From Candidatus Binatia bacterium (GTDB taxonomy: Bacteria; Desulfobacterota; Binatia; UBA9968; JAJDTQ01), in assembly GCA_963664535.1 (NCBI GenBank), contig OY761465.1:1573602-1637601 (forward strand): DNA of 64,000 nt, read 5' to 3'. The notes under the pieces are model-generated. The model made no database searches, was not told the DNA's origin, and was given only the letters and a program-made list of their open reading frames with translations. The translations under genes and the position numbers were made by a program. How positions within the stretch are numbered: position 1 is the first letter of the stretch; each line of letters opens with the position of its first letter. This document shows positions 19,405-28,548 of the stretch, in pieces.

Positions 19405-19728
19405 GTGAAGCGATTCTGCCTGGTCTGCCAGAACGTCGACTGCAAGAGCCGCGGCTCCGAAGAGCTGATGAAGGAGCTGCAGGAGCGGGTGGCGGCCAAG
19501 GGCCTGGAAGACGTGGAGGTGCGTTCCTACATGTGCTTCGGCGCATGCCAGGAAGGCCCCAACATGGTCGTCTATCCCGACAAGTGCTGGTATGCCGGTG
19601 TGAAGAAAGAGGATGTGGACGACGTCGTCGCACACCTGGCCGGAGGCCCGCACGTGGACCGGCTGGACAAGATCGACCCCTCGCTCAAGGAACTCATCTA
19701 CCAGTTGCTCGACACCGGAGTGTTTTAG
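19405..19728 (+). CDS. thioredoxin-like [2Fe-2S] ferredoxin (NuoE-like, short form)
   Basis: The Cys pattern is CX4C...CX3C (CQNVDC, CFGAC). It has a GTG start with an AAGGA RBS. It lies directly upstream of the NuoF-like gene. Confidence 0.65.
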   Translation: MKRFCLVCQNVDCKSRGSEELMKELQERVAAKGLEDVEVRSYMCFGACQEGPNMVVYPDKCWYAGVKKEDVDDVVAHLAGGPHVDRLDKIDPSLKELIYQLLDTGVF

Positions 19729-19733
19729 CGCTC

Positions 19734-20975
19734 ATGGAAGGCATCCTGTTCCCGCGAGGCGTGGCGGAGGGGATCGAGGGGCTTGACGCCTATCGCTCGC
19801 GAGGCGGCTACGACGCCCTCGGCCGGCTGAAGGAGCTGTCCCCCCAGGACGTCATCGCGAAGGTGGAGGCCTCCGGCCTGCGCGGCCGCGGAGGCGCCGG
19901 CTTCCCCGCCGGCAGGAAGCTCGCCCTCACCCTGGAATGTCCCGAAACGCCCCACTACGTGGTCATGAACGGCGGCGAGGACGAGCCCGGCAGCAAGAAG
20001 GACCGCGTGCTCATGGAGAACGTGCCCCACCTCCTCCTGGAGGGGATCATTCTCGCGGCCTACGCGGTGCGGGCGGAGAAAGCCTACCTCTACATCAACC
20101 ACGGCTATGAAGCCGCTACCGGCGCGGTGGAGACCGCCATGCGTGAAGCCCGGGAGGCGGGCTACTGGGGCGAGGATGTCGCCGGTTCCGGTTTCGCCCT
20201 CGAGCTGGTGACCGTGGCGGCCCCCTCCAACTACGTGGCCGGAGAGGACACCGCGGCGCTGGAGGTCATCGAAGGAAAAGACCCCCTGCCCCGGCAGAAG
20301 CCGCCGTTCCCGGTCACCGAGGGCCTGTTCGGCAAGCCCAGCCTGGTCAACAACGTGGAAACCCTGGCCAACATCGCGCCCATCGTCGCCAGGGGGCCGG
20401 AATGGTTCCGCTCCTTCGGCACCGGCGACAGTCCCGGCACCATGATCTTTTCGCTGGGGGACGAGATGGAAAGGCCGGGCGTCTACGAGCTGCCGTTGGG
20501 GACCCCCCTGCGGTACCTCGTGGAAGAATGCGGCGGCGGCCTGAAGGACGGCAAGCGCATCAAGGCCATTCTCCCCGGCGGCCCGTCATCGGGGTTCCTG
20601 CTGCCGGACAGCCTCGACCTGCCGCTGGATCACGACTCCCTGCGGGAGGCGGGCTCATCCATCGGGTGCGGCGTCGTCAAGCTCCTCACCGAGGACGATT
20701 CGGTGGTGGATGAGGTGGCGCGGATCGCGGACTTCTTCGCCGCGGAGTCCTGCGGCCAATGCCCGGCATGCCGCATGGAGACGAACATGCTCGCGGCGCT
20801 GATCAAGAAGGTTCAGCAGGGTGAGGGGAGCGATGCGTTGACGGAGCAGTTCGGGAAGGTAATCGCCTTCAACAAGGGGAAGGGGTTCTGCAGCCTGATC
20901 AACATGCCCGGCCCGCCCATCGAAAGCGCCGTGCGGCTCTTCCCCGAAGAGTTCCGCACGGCGGCCGCATTATAG
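19734..20975 (+). CDS. NADH dehydrogenase 51-kDa (NuoF-like) FMN/NAD-binding flavoprotein with a 4Fe-4S motif
   Basis: The FMN site GRGGAGFPAG and the C-terminal ESCGQCPACR cluster motif are present. It is 413 aa. Confidence 0.8.
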   Translation: MEGILFPRGVAEGIEGLDAYRSRGGYDALGRLKELSPQDVIAKVEASGLRGRGGAGFPAGRKLALTLECPETPHYVVMNGGEDEPGSKKDRVLMENVPHLLLEGIILAAYAVRAEKAYLYINHGYEAATGAVETAMREAREAGYWGEDVAGSGFALELVTVAAPSNYVAGEDTAALEVIEGKDPLPRQKPPFPVTEGLFGKPSLVNNVETLANIAPIVARGPEWFRSFGTGDSPGTMIFSLGDEMERPGVYELPLGTPLRYLVEECGGGLKDGKRIKAILPGGPSSGFLLPDSLDLPLDHDSLREAGSSIGCGVVKLLTEDDSVVDEVARIADFFAAESCGQCPACRMETNMLAALIKKVQQGEGSDALTEQFGKVIAFNKGKGFCSLINMPGPPIESAVRLFPEEFRTAAAL

Positions 20976-21155
20976 ATCGAGATTTTTCGTCGGCACGTTG
21001 AAGACCACGCCGTCGCCGTTTTTCACCAGGCACATGTCGTTGCTCCACTCCTTCACCACCTCCACCTCGTCTCCCGGCGAGAACTCGAACTCCTCGATGT
21101 CGGAGTTCTTGGTCGACTGATACTTGTAGGTAAACGCTTCCTTGACCGTGGCCAT
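20970..21155 (-). CDS. small hypothetical protein (61 aa, possible SH3/KOW-like beta-barrel)
   Basis: It has a strong GGGAGGGG RBS. The start is MATVKEAF. Confidence 0.4.
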   Translation of the reverse strand: MATVKEAFTYKYQSTKNSDIEEFEFSPGDEVEVVKEWSNDMCLVKNGDGVVFNVPTKNLDL

Positions 21156-21196
21156 CCGAGGCCCCTCCCTTCTCTGTCGTTCGCGTGTGTCCGCGT

Positions 21197-21889
21197 TCAG
21201 GCTTCGTGAGCGCCCCGCCAGCTTCCTCGCCGGGTGGGGTAACGCAATGTCTCCTCCAGGCGCTTCAGGAAAGCCGTCCGAGGCACCTCCCGGGCGCCCA
21301 GACTCAGCATATGCGACGTTGTAACCTGCGCGTCGATGAAATGGAAGCCCCAACCGGCGAGCCGGCCGACCAGCCGCGCCAGCGCCACCTTGGAAGCGTC
21401 CGCCTCGCGGTGGAACATCGACTCGCCGAAGAACCCCCTGCCCAAGGCAATGCCGTAGATGCCTCCGACCAAGCGCCTGCCGAGCCAGCATTCAACCGAA
21501 TGAGCCAGCCCCGCCTCATGAAGGCGGACGTAGGCCCGTTCCATTTCCGGCGTGATCCACGTCCCTTCCTGACCCGGCCGCTCCACCGATGCGCAGGCGC
21601 GGATCACACCCCGGAAGTCTTCATCGAAACCGATTCGAAACTTCCCCTGGTTCAGGACGCGCCGCAGCCGCCTGGAGACGTGAAAGTCAGTCAGGTCGAG
21701 GACGCACCGGGGGTCCGGCGACCACCACAGGATCGGTTGCCCTTCGCTATACCAGGGAAATATGCCCATGGAGTACGCCAGCAGGAGGCGCGCGCTGCCG
21801 AGGTCGCCCCCCACCGCCAGAAGCCCGTTCGGTTCCGCCTCGTGCGGGGAAGGAAAGGCGAGCTCCCGGCTCAAGCGATAGACAGGCAT
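21197..21889 (-). CDS. aat: leucyl/phenylalanyl-tRNA--protein transferase
   Basis: LLLAYSMGIFPWYSEGQPILWWSPDPR is the hallmark Aat motif. Confidence 0.85.
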   Translation of the reverse strand: MPVYRLSRELAFPSPHEAEPNGLLAVGGDLGSARLLLAYSMGIFPWYSEGQPILWWSPDPRCVLDLTDFHVSRRLRRVLNQGKFRIGFDEDFRGVIRACASVERPGQEGTWITPEMERAYVRLHEAGLAHSVECWLGRRLVGGIYGIALGRGFFGESMFHREADASKVALARLVGRLAGWGFHFIDAQVTTSHMLSLGAREVPRTAFLKRLEETLRYPTRRGSWRGAHEA

Positions 21890-21975
21890 GGATGGAACTC
21901 ATGGTGCAGAATCGAGGCAGTGGATGCAAGGAACACCCGTCATCCCGGATCCCGGGTCACGCCCGGGGCAAGCTA

Positions 21976-22134
21976 GTGTCCTGTCCCACGTAATTCTTTA
22001 CCAAGATGCGCAGGATTTCTTGTTGTCGGCAAGGCGCGATGACGAGCAGTGGCGGGCACCACGCGAGGAAGAGCAACGCAGCCGACGACAAGAAAGACAA
22101 GCAGATTGGTAAAGAATTACGCGGGACAGGACAC
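21976..22134. mobile_element. MITE (159 bp) with 29-bp terminal inverted repeats and a TA target duplication; related to the IS630-family element at 59971
   Basis: The left end is GTGTCCTGTCCCACGTAATTCTTTACCAA. The reverse complement of the right end is GTGTCCTGTCCCGCGTAATTCTTTACCAA (28/29 match). TA flanks both ends at 21974-75 and 22135-36. There is no ORF inside. Confidence 0.75.
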
Positions 22135-22273
22135 TAGGTCCGGGGTCCAGGCGACAGAGACTGGTCGGTGCATATCCCATCCGCCTTACGCGGCCTTCGA
22201 TGAGGGCGCCACGGTGATTCAAAGTTTGCGACTTCGGACCGTGATCGTGCTATATTCCCGGCAGGGTATCGCC

Positions 22274-22642
22274 ATGTTCAAGAGAATCGACCACGTAGCC
22301 CTGCATGTCGCGGACCTGGACCGCACCGTCTCCTTCTACGAGGAGAACTTCGGCTTCCGGAAGTATTTCCAGCACGAGGCGACGGCCGGGATGCAGATAG
22401 CCTACCTCAAGTTAGGGGACACGGTTTTGGAGCTGACCCACCGGAGCGAGGGCTCCATGACCGGCTTTCACTTCTGCCTGGAGACCGACAGCTTCGACGA
22501 GACCGTCGCGGAGTTGCAACGGCGTGGCGTGCCGTTGCTGCGGGAGCCTCACGGCACGGCGGCACGGGAGCCGCGGGAGGAAGGCTGGCGGCGGGTCGTC
22601 TTCGGCGGCCCCGACGGCGAGCAGATCGAGCTGCGAGGCTAG
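22274..22642 (+). CDS. VOC family protein (glyoxalase-like)
   Basis: RIDHVALHVADLDRTVSFYEENFGF is the VOC signature. Confidence 0.7.
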   Translation: MFKRIDHVALHVADLDRTVSFYEENFGFRKYFQHEATAGMQIAYLKLGDTVLELTHRSEGSMTGFHFCLETDSFDETVAELQRRGVPLLREPHGTAAREPREEGWRRVVFGGPDGEQIELRG

Positions 22643-22670
22643 CGGGCCGCGGCTCAGCAAGGGAACTCTC

Positions 22671-22979
22671 ATGGCGGACCAGGAACCCACGACGATCAAG
22701 GTGGAATGCCCGTGCTGCGGCGCGACCCTGTTCGTGGATCCGTCACTGGCGGTGGTGCTGCGGCACGAGTTGCCGCCGCCCCAGCACAAGGCGCCGGAGC
22801 TCAAGGACGCCGGCCGCCTGCTCCGGGAAGAAGCGACCCAGCGCGATCAGAAGTACCGCGACATCCTCCACGCGGAAAAGGACAAGGGGAAAGTGCTGGA
22901 CCGCAAGTTCCAGGAGTTGTTCAAAAAGGCCAAGGACGAGCCCATCGAGAAGCCCCTCAAGGACATCGACCTCGACTAG
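22671..22979 (+). CDS. hypothetical protein with an N-terminal zinc-ribbon-like segment and a Lys/Glu-rich C-terminal tail
   Basis: The Cys motif is VECPCCGATLF. There is no confident family match. Confidence 0.4.
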   Translation: MADQEPTTIKVECPCCGATLFVDPSLAVVLRHELPPPQHKAPELKDAGRLLREEATQRDQKYRDILHAEKDKGKVLDRKFQELFKKAKDEPIEKPLKDIDLD

Positions 22980-23106
22980 CCCACTACCTATCCGCGTAAC
23001 ATCCGTAGCGACGGAGATGCCGTAGGATGGCGCTTCTCTTCACCCTACGACCACGATGCCTCGCTCGGCAAGCGGCCGCACGTCAAACGTCTTCTCTGGT
23101 TTCAAA

Positions 23107-23694
23107 TCAGCCCGGCGAACGGTAATCGTACACGAGCTCCAGCAACTGCTTGACCATCCGGGCCGTGGCCCCCCAGATGTCCCAGTCCCGATACTGGAAA
23201 TGGTAGATGGGCTCCGACCTCCTGGACAGGCGGACATCCAGGGTCAGGGCGTCCTGCCGCAGCAGAGCGGCCACCGGCACGGAGAACACCTCGGCCGTCT
23301 CCCGGGGGTCGGGACGAAACTCGTACGGGTAGGGAATCAGCCCCACGAACGGGGTCACCAGGAAGTTGTAGCCCGCCACCACTTGGTCGAGCTGGCCGAG
23401 AATGCGCACGTCACCGGGGTCCACGCCGATCTCTTCCTCGGTCTCCCTGAGCGCCGTGGCCACCGCGCCATCGTCGCCCCGGTCGACGCTCCCCCCTGGA
23501 AACGCCACTTGGCCGCCGTGGGAGCTGAGGTTCTCCGAACGCAACGTCAGGATGAGGTAGTCTCCGTCCGGACGTTCCTGTATCGGCGCTAGCACGGCAG
23601 CCGGCCGGAAGTCGTCTCCGGCGACGGCCTTCGGCGTCCGGGTGCGGAGGATGTCGAATCTGTTTCGGTCAGCACCCACGGCGGTAGCAGGCAC
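23107..23694 (-). CDS. NUDIX hydrolase, CoA pyrophosphatase-like
   Basis: The NUDIX box is GGSVDRGDDGAVATALRETEEEIG. The CoA-pyrophosphatase-type upstream motif is VLAPIQERPDGDYLILTLRS. Confidence 0.7.
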   Translation of the reverse strand: MPATAVGADRNRFDILRTRTPKAVAGDDFRPAAVLAPIQERPDGDYLILTLRSENLSSHGGQVAFPGGSVDRGDDGAVATALRETEEEIGVDPGDVRILGQLDQVVAGYNFLVTPFVGLIPYPYEFRPDPRETAEVFSVPVAALLRQDALTLDVRLSRRSEPIYHFQYRDWDIWGATARMVKQLLELVYDYRSPG

Positions 23695-23710
23695 GGAGCA
23701 CTACATACGC

Positions 23711-24040
23711 CTACCCATCCCGCTTCAGCGACTCCGGGAAGTACCGGGACGGGGACCAGACCTGTGCGTTGAAGTTGGTGCAGCCGAGAATCCTCAGTTC
23801 GCGCATGATCCGGATGTAGTCTTGCGACTCGACAAAGCCCGACCACGCCTGGAGGGATTCGAACTCGATCAGAATCGCGACCTGGGGGCTGACCTCCAGG
23901 GGGTTGCGGAGATTGCGGATCTCCCGGACGCCGGGGGCGGCCAGCGTCATGGGCAGCCAGTCGTTCTTGGCCTTGTTGCTGTAGATCGTCAGGTTGGCTT
24001 TCTGGTCCGGCAGGTCCCATTGGACGATGTAGTAAACCAT
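23711..24040 (-). CDS. hypothetical protein (109 aa)
   Basis: The ORF has good coding character and no recognisable motif. Confidence 0.35.
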   Translation of the reverse strand: MVYYIVQWDLPDQKANLTIYSNKAKNDWLPMTLAAPGVREIRNLRNPLEVSPQVAILIEFESLQAWSGFVESQDYIRIMRELRILGCTNFNAQVWSPSRYFPESLKRDG

Positions 24041-24118
24041 AGCTCGTATTTCCTTGTGTTGTTGACCCTGCCTACCCTGACGTCAGCCTACCCTTTCCGA
24101 CCCCCGCCTGTCCCGACC

Positions 24119-24910
24119 CTACATGAGCGTCCTTACGAGTCCGCCGTCGATAAGCAGCGTGGTCCCGGTGATGTAGCTGGCGCGGTCGGAACCGAGAAAA
24201 ACCACCAGGTCCGCGACTTCCTCGGACTGGCCGAAACGGCCCAGGGCGATCTCGGCCTTGCTCTGCTTCTGAACCTCCTCCAGCGGCAGGTTGAGCCGCT
24301 TGGCCCGGGCCACGTTGAGGTTGTGATGGCGCTCGGTGTCGATGCGTCCGGGCATGACGGTGTTGATGAGGATGTTGTCGGGCGCCAACTCGCGGGAAAG
24401 CGTCTTGGCCCAGCCCACCACGCCGGTGCGGAAGGTGTTGGACAGAACCAGGCCCGGGATGGGCTCCTTGATGCCGTAGGAGGTGATGTTGATGACGCGC
24501 CCGGCGCCCGCTTTCTTCATGTGCGGCGCCGTCTCCCGCGTAAGCCGGACCGTGCCCATGAGGCTGAGATTGTACGCCGCCATCCAGTCGTCCTCGCTCA
24601 ACGCGTCGAACGCGCCGAACGGAGGGCCGCCGGCGTTGTTCACCACCACGTCCACCCGCCCGAAGGCATCCACGCTCCGGGCCACGAAGTTGCGGATGTC
24701 GTCGTACTTGGACATGTCCGCCACGGTGGCAAGAACGTCCCCACCCGTGGCCTGCCGAATCTCCTCGGCGGCGCCTTCCAGGGCGTCACCGCCTCTGGCG
24801 CAAATGCTCACCTTCGCGCCTTCCGCGGCGAATCCCTTGGCGATGGCCCGTCCCATTCCCTGACTCGCGCCGCCTACCAGCGCCACCTTGCCTGCCAATC
24901 CCAGATCCAT
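24119..24910 (-). CDS. SDR family oxidoreductase
   Basis: The Rossmann motif is [18 protein letters not shown] and a YxxxK-type region are present. Confidence 0.8.
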   Translation of the reverse strand: MDLGLAGKVALVGGASQGMGRAIAKGFAAEGAKVSICARGGDALEGAAEEIRQATGGDVLATVADMSKYDDIRNFVARSVDAFGRVDVVVNNAGGPPFGAFDALSEDDWMAAYNLSLMGTVRLTRETAPHMKKAGAGRVINITSYGIKEPIPGLVLSNTFRTGVVGWAKTLSRELAPDNILINTVMPGRIDTERHHNLNVARAKRLNLPLEEVQKQSKAEIALGRFGQSEEVADLVVFLGSDRASYITGTTLLIDGGLVRTLM

Positions 24911-24976
24911 CCAGATCTCCTCGTTCAGGTTACGGTATCCGCGCGACGGGCCCGATAGCGCCGTCCCGGCGGATCT

Positions 24977-25222
24977 TCACTTCTGTGTCCAATAGATGTT
25001 GTCGTCGAACTCCGGATCCAGCCGCATGAGATAAAGCGACAGCATCCCGTGAGCACCCAGCGGCCGCAACTGCCGCGGATCCTTGCTCTTCAGGGCGGCG
25101 ATCTCTTCGGCGCTCAGGTCATAGTCCGACAAGGCCGTTTCCAGGTCCGAGCGCGCCTGGCTGAGGGTGTCGGGTTTCATCTTCAGGTCGAAAAGAAACC
25201 GGTTCAGGTGGTAGCGGCTCAT
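24977..25222 (-). CDS. extradiol ring-cleavage dioxygenase, LigA-like small subunit
   Basis: RYHLNRFLFDLKMKPD resembles the LigA GYNLNQFAMSL region. The start codon overlaps the LigB stop (TGATG). Confidence 0.5.
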   Translation of the reverse strand: MSRYHLNRFLFDLKMKPDTLSQARSDLETALSDYDLSAEEIAALKSKDPRQLRPLGAHGMLSLYLMRLDPEFDDNIYWTQK

Positions 25223-26085
25223 CAGATCCTCCAGCTCACGAAGCCCCACCCGGTGGCGACGTGGTCGGGCATGTAGAAGCTGTCGGAGGCCGGGGTCTCG
25301 CCCACCGCCCCGACCGTCACCATCCAGTTCAGAAACTCCGAGTTCCCCGACTGCCGCAACTGCTCCAGCGTCAGCCCGGCCAGGGCGGGCCCCTCGCCGG
25401 CGCGCATCTGCCGGAGCAGGCCCTCATCGAAGCTGGTGTCGATCTCGCCGATCCGGGGCGAGCCGGGGAAATGCGACAGTCCGCCGGTGGCGAGCATGGC
25501 CACCCGGTCGGAAGCCGCGTCCGCCACCTCCCGGATCAGGCTCCCCAGCGCGTAGCAACGGGCGGGCGTGGGGAGGGGGTCGATCCACGTGTTGACGAAG
25601 ATCGGCAGGATGGGGATGTCCGGCTCGGGCAGGAGGAAATGCAGCGGCACCATCTGGGTGTGCTGCAGCTCGATGTCCTCGCCGAAGGACAGGTCCAGCC
25701 CGGAGGCGACGCCGGCCTCGAGGATGGCCCGGCCCAGCTCCGGGTGATTCCGGTAGTGGAAGTCGTACCGGGTGAACCGGCCGCGGACCTCGTCCGACAG
25801 CGTGACGAAGAAAGTCGGGATGTTGTCGAAGAAGAAGTTCACGAACTGATCGTTGGCGACCACGATCAGCACGTCGGGCCTGGCGGCATCGAGGTCGCGG
25901 CGAAGCACCGAGAAGGCGTGCTCCGCATCGGTCCGAAGCTTCCGCTGCACTTCCAGGGACGGCTTGCCGCCGGCCGCCTGCGGCGCCATGCGGTAGTGCA
26001 GCGTCATGAACTCCTCCCACTCGGAGCCCGGGTCCAGTAGCATGTTGGGGGCGTGGCTGGCGGCCAACGCGGCGACAAACGGCAT
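25222..26085 (-). CDS. class III extradiol dioxygenase, LigB-like catalytic subunit
   Basis: The LigB fold motifs are ASHAPNM and HFPGSPRIGEID. The start is MPFVAALAASHAP at 26085. Confidence 0.7.
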   Translation of the reverse strand: MPFVAALAASHAPNMLLDPGSEWEEFMTLHYRMAPQAAGGKPSLEVQRKLRTDAEHAFSVLRRDLDAARPDVLIVVANDQFVNFFFDNIPTFFVTLSDEVRGRFTRYDFHYRNHPELGRAILEAGVASGLDLSFGEDIELQHTQMVPLHFLLPEPDIPILPIFVNTWIDPLPTPARCYALGSLIREVADAASDRVAMLATGGLSHFPGSPRIGEIDTSFDEGLLRQMRAGEGPALAGLTLEQLRQSGNSEFLNWMVTVGAVGETPASDSFYMPDHVATGWGFVSWRI

Positions 26086-26255
26086 TTTTCGGTCCCTTCC
26101 CTTGCGGTTCCTTCTAAACGCTCTGGGCAAAAGATGGTATAATCGGCGCCTGGAAATTACAACTGAACTCCGGATTTCAAGCAAGTTCAACGCACCGGTG
26201 CTCCCTGTCCCAGGGGAAAGTCGGGACCAGACACCGTGGTGATGAGGACGGCCCT

Positions 26256-27221
26256 ATGAGACTGATGGTGTGCGCTACGTTGATGGTCGCTGGGTTGGTT
26301 ACGCTGGTCCCTCCGTCCACCGCGAACGAGTGGCAGCCGGGCGACACCGTTTTCGAATATCGCGAGCCCTCGGGCGAGGGAACGGAACGCGAGCCCGGGT
26401 CCACCATCATCGGAGCCCCGCGCGTACACGTCGCGAAGTCCAGCGACACCCTCCTGGACATCGGCCGCCTGCACCACCTGGGGTACCTGGAGATCACGCG
26501 GGCGAACCCCGGCGTGGATCCCTGGCTGCCGGGCGACGGGTCGCGGATAAGCATTCCCGCCCAATGGATTCTTCCCCGCGGTCCACGGGAAGGGCTGGTC
26601 CTCAACATCGCCGAGATGAGGCTGTACCACTACCTGCCCGACTCCAGGGTCATGACCTTTCCGTTGGGGGTCGGCGTGGACGGCCAGGAGACTCCGGCCG
26701 GAGAGTACCGCGTCGGACAGAAGCGGACGAATCCTACGTGGTACGTGCCGAAATCCATCCAGGCCGAGATGGAACGCCCGCGCAAGGTCGTCCCTCCGGG
26801 GCCGGACAACCCGCTGGGCAAATACTGGATGCGTTTGTCCCACACCACTTACGGCATCCACGGCACCAACAACCCCTGGGCCATCGGCCGCCGCGTGACT
26901 CACGGCTGCATCCGGCTCTATCCCGAGGACATCGAGTACCTGTATCCGCGGGTGCCCAAAGGCACGCCCGTACGGGTGATCTACCAGCACGCCAAGGTGG
27001 GCTTGATGGACGGAAAGGCCTACGTCCAGGTGTACCGCGACGGCCGGGCGAGCGACACCGAGCTCATGGCCGACCTCATCCGGCAGATCCTGGAGCTGAA
27101 GCTGAGCGTCGATCTGCGAGCGTTGAGAGAGATGCTGCTGGAACTGCCCGACGGGGCCATGACCCCGCTGCCTCTGAAGGAAGCCGCGGTCATCGACGCC
27201 ACCGCGCACGCAGCCCCCTGA
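26256..27221 (+). CDS. L,D-transpeptidase (YkuD domain) with an N-terminal LysM-like segment
   Basis: The catalytic motif is HGTNNPWAIGRRVTHGCIRL. There is a signal peptide. Confidence 0.8.
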   Translation: MRLMVCATLMVAGLVTLVPPSTANEWQPGDTVFEYREPSGEGTEREPGSTIIGAPRVHVAKSSDTLLDIGRLHHLGYLEITRANPGVDPWLPGDGSRISIPAQWILPRGPREGLVLNIAEMRLYHYLPDSRVMTFPLGVGVDGQETPAGEYRVGQKRTNPTWYVPKSIQAEMERPRKVVPPGPDNPLGKYWMRLSHTTYGIHGTNNPWAIGRRVTHGCIRLYPEDIEYLYPRVPKGTPVRVIYQHAKVGLMDGKAYVQVYRDGRASDTELMADLIRQILELKLSVDLRALREMLLELPDGAMTPLPLKEAAVIDATAHAAP

Positions 27222-27242
27222 AGGAGCCGCCACGCGGCCGCA

Positions 27243-28112
27243 TCACGTCCGGTACTTCTCGTCCAGGGCGTACTTCTCCTCGAGCCCCACGATGTCGTGG
27301 AAGTCGTCGAACGGCAGCAGCCGGTCCATGAGGGCCTCCGCGGTGCCGGCCTCCCGGAGGTTGGTGTAGTAGCTCTTGAGCGCCTGGGCCGCTGAATAGA
27401 GCGGACCCACGGGCCAGACGATGAGGGCGAAGCCCAGCTCCCCGAGCTCCGCCGGCGTCATCAGCGGCGTGACCCCACGTTCGATCATGTTGGCCACCAG
27501 CGGACCCGGCACGTTGCGGGCGATCTCCCGCATCTCCTCGCGGCTTTCCGGAGCTTCGATGAACACGGCGTCGGCGCCGTTCTCCTTGAAGGCGATGCCG
27601 CGCCGGATGGCCTCGTCGAGGCCCAGGGCTTGGCGCGCGTCGGTGCGGGCCACGATGAAGAGGTCCCCGTCAGCCTTGGTCGCCACCGCCGCATTGAGCT
27701 TCTTGAGGTACTCTTCCAGCGGCACCACCTGCTTGCCCCTCATGTGCCCGCAGCGCTTGGGCCACACCTGGTCCTCCAGGAACATGCCCGCCGCCCCGGC
27801 CCGCATCAGCTCGTTGACGGTACGGACCACGTTCACCGCGTTGCCGTAGCCGGTGTCCGAGTCCACGATGACCGGCGTCGGCACCGCGCCGCAGATGCGG
27901 TAGATGGTGCTCAGCATCTCGGTCTGCGTGAGGATGCCGAAGTCCGGCTCGCCCAGCATGGTCGCCGAGATGCCGTAGCCGGTGGTGAAGATGACGTCGA
28001 AGCCGGCGCGTTGGGCGATGCGCGCGCTCAGGGCATCGTACACCCCGGGCATGACCAGGGTTCCGTTCCGGTCGAGGGCTTCCTTGACTCTGCTCATTTG
28101 GACCTCCAGCAT
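27243..28112 (-). CDS. isocitrate lyase/PEP mutase family protein (PrpB/carboxyvinyl-carboxyphosphonate phosphorylmutase-like)
   Basis: The ICL/PEPM barrel signatures are VMPGVYDALSARIAQRAGFDVIFTTGYG and KRCGHMRGK. An alternative start is at 28097. Confidence 0.75.
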   Translation of the reverse strand: MLEVQMSRVKEALDRNGTLVMPGVYDALSARIAQRAGFDVIFTTGYGISATMLGEPDFGILTQTEMLSTIYRICGAVPTPVIVDSDTGYGNAVNVVRTVNELMRAGAAGMFLEDQVWPKRCGHMRGKQVVPLEEYLKKLNAAVATKADGDLFIVARTDARQALGLDEAIRRGIAFKENGADAVFIEAPESREEMREIARNVPGPLVANMIERGVTPLMTPAELGELGFALIVWPVGPLYSAAQALKSYYTNLREAGTAEALMDRLLPFDDFHDIVGLEEKYALDEKYRT

Positions 28113-28548
28113 GTTTGGTTTGAAGAGAGTGACCCGAACACCAAGCAGGACGCGAAGGAAGTCATCGTCTTTCAGAGTATCCTTCTGAACTGCACGGGAG
28201 TCGAGTCTATCTCATATAGTGACGCAAGACGATGCGCGACCGCACCATTGTAAAACAGGGCTCAACCCATCGCCGTGTGGAGAACTGCGCCATTGGTTCC
28301 AGATAACCGTCAATAAAATCGGTCGGAAACCCTCTGTTCGGATCACGACTACGTAACGCAGGCTCAATTCAAAGAATCTGCTGTCTCTGGGACATGAGGC
28401 AGGAACCTTGAACCGGGTGACCTCAATCAAGTATCTTGACATCCTAGGGACCGTAGGGCGGCGGTACGGAAGACAGGTACCCTTTGGAAAAGCAGAACAG
28501 GCGTGAAAGCCCTAGCCGGGCAACCTCGGTAAGAACAGGGAGAAGAGC

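Noticed and set aside
19190-19408. 72-codon ORF (MERTIVRSIGDHAGMRYSVDGD...) overlapping the ferredoxin start
   Set aside because: It begins inside the perfect palindrome and has no RBS or motif. It is more likely a chance ORF in a regulatory region, so it is reported only as a regulatory palindrome.
26130-26145. TATAAT hexamer upstream of the L,D-transpeptidase gene as a promoter
   Set aside because: No acceptable -35 element lies at 16-19 bp spacing, so the evidence is too weak to list as a feature.
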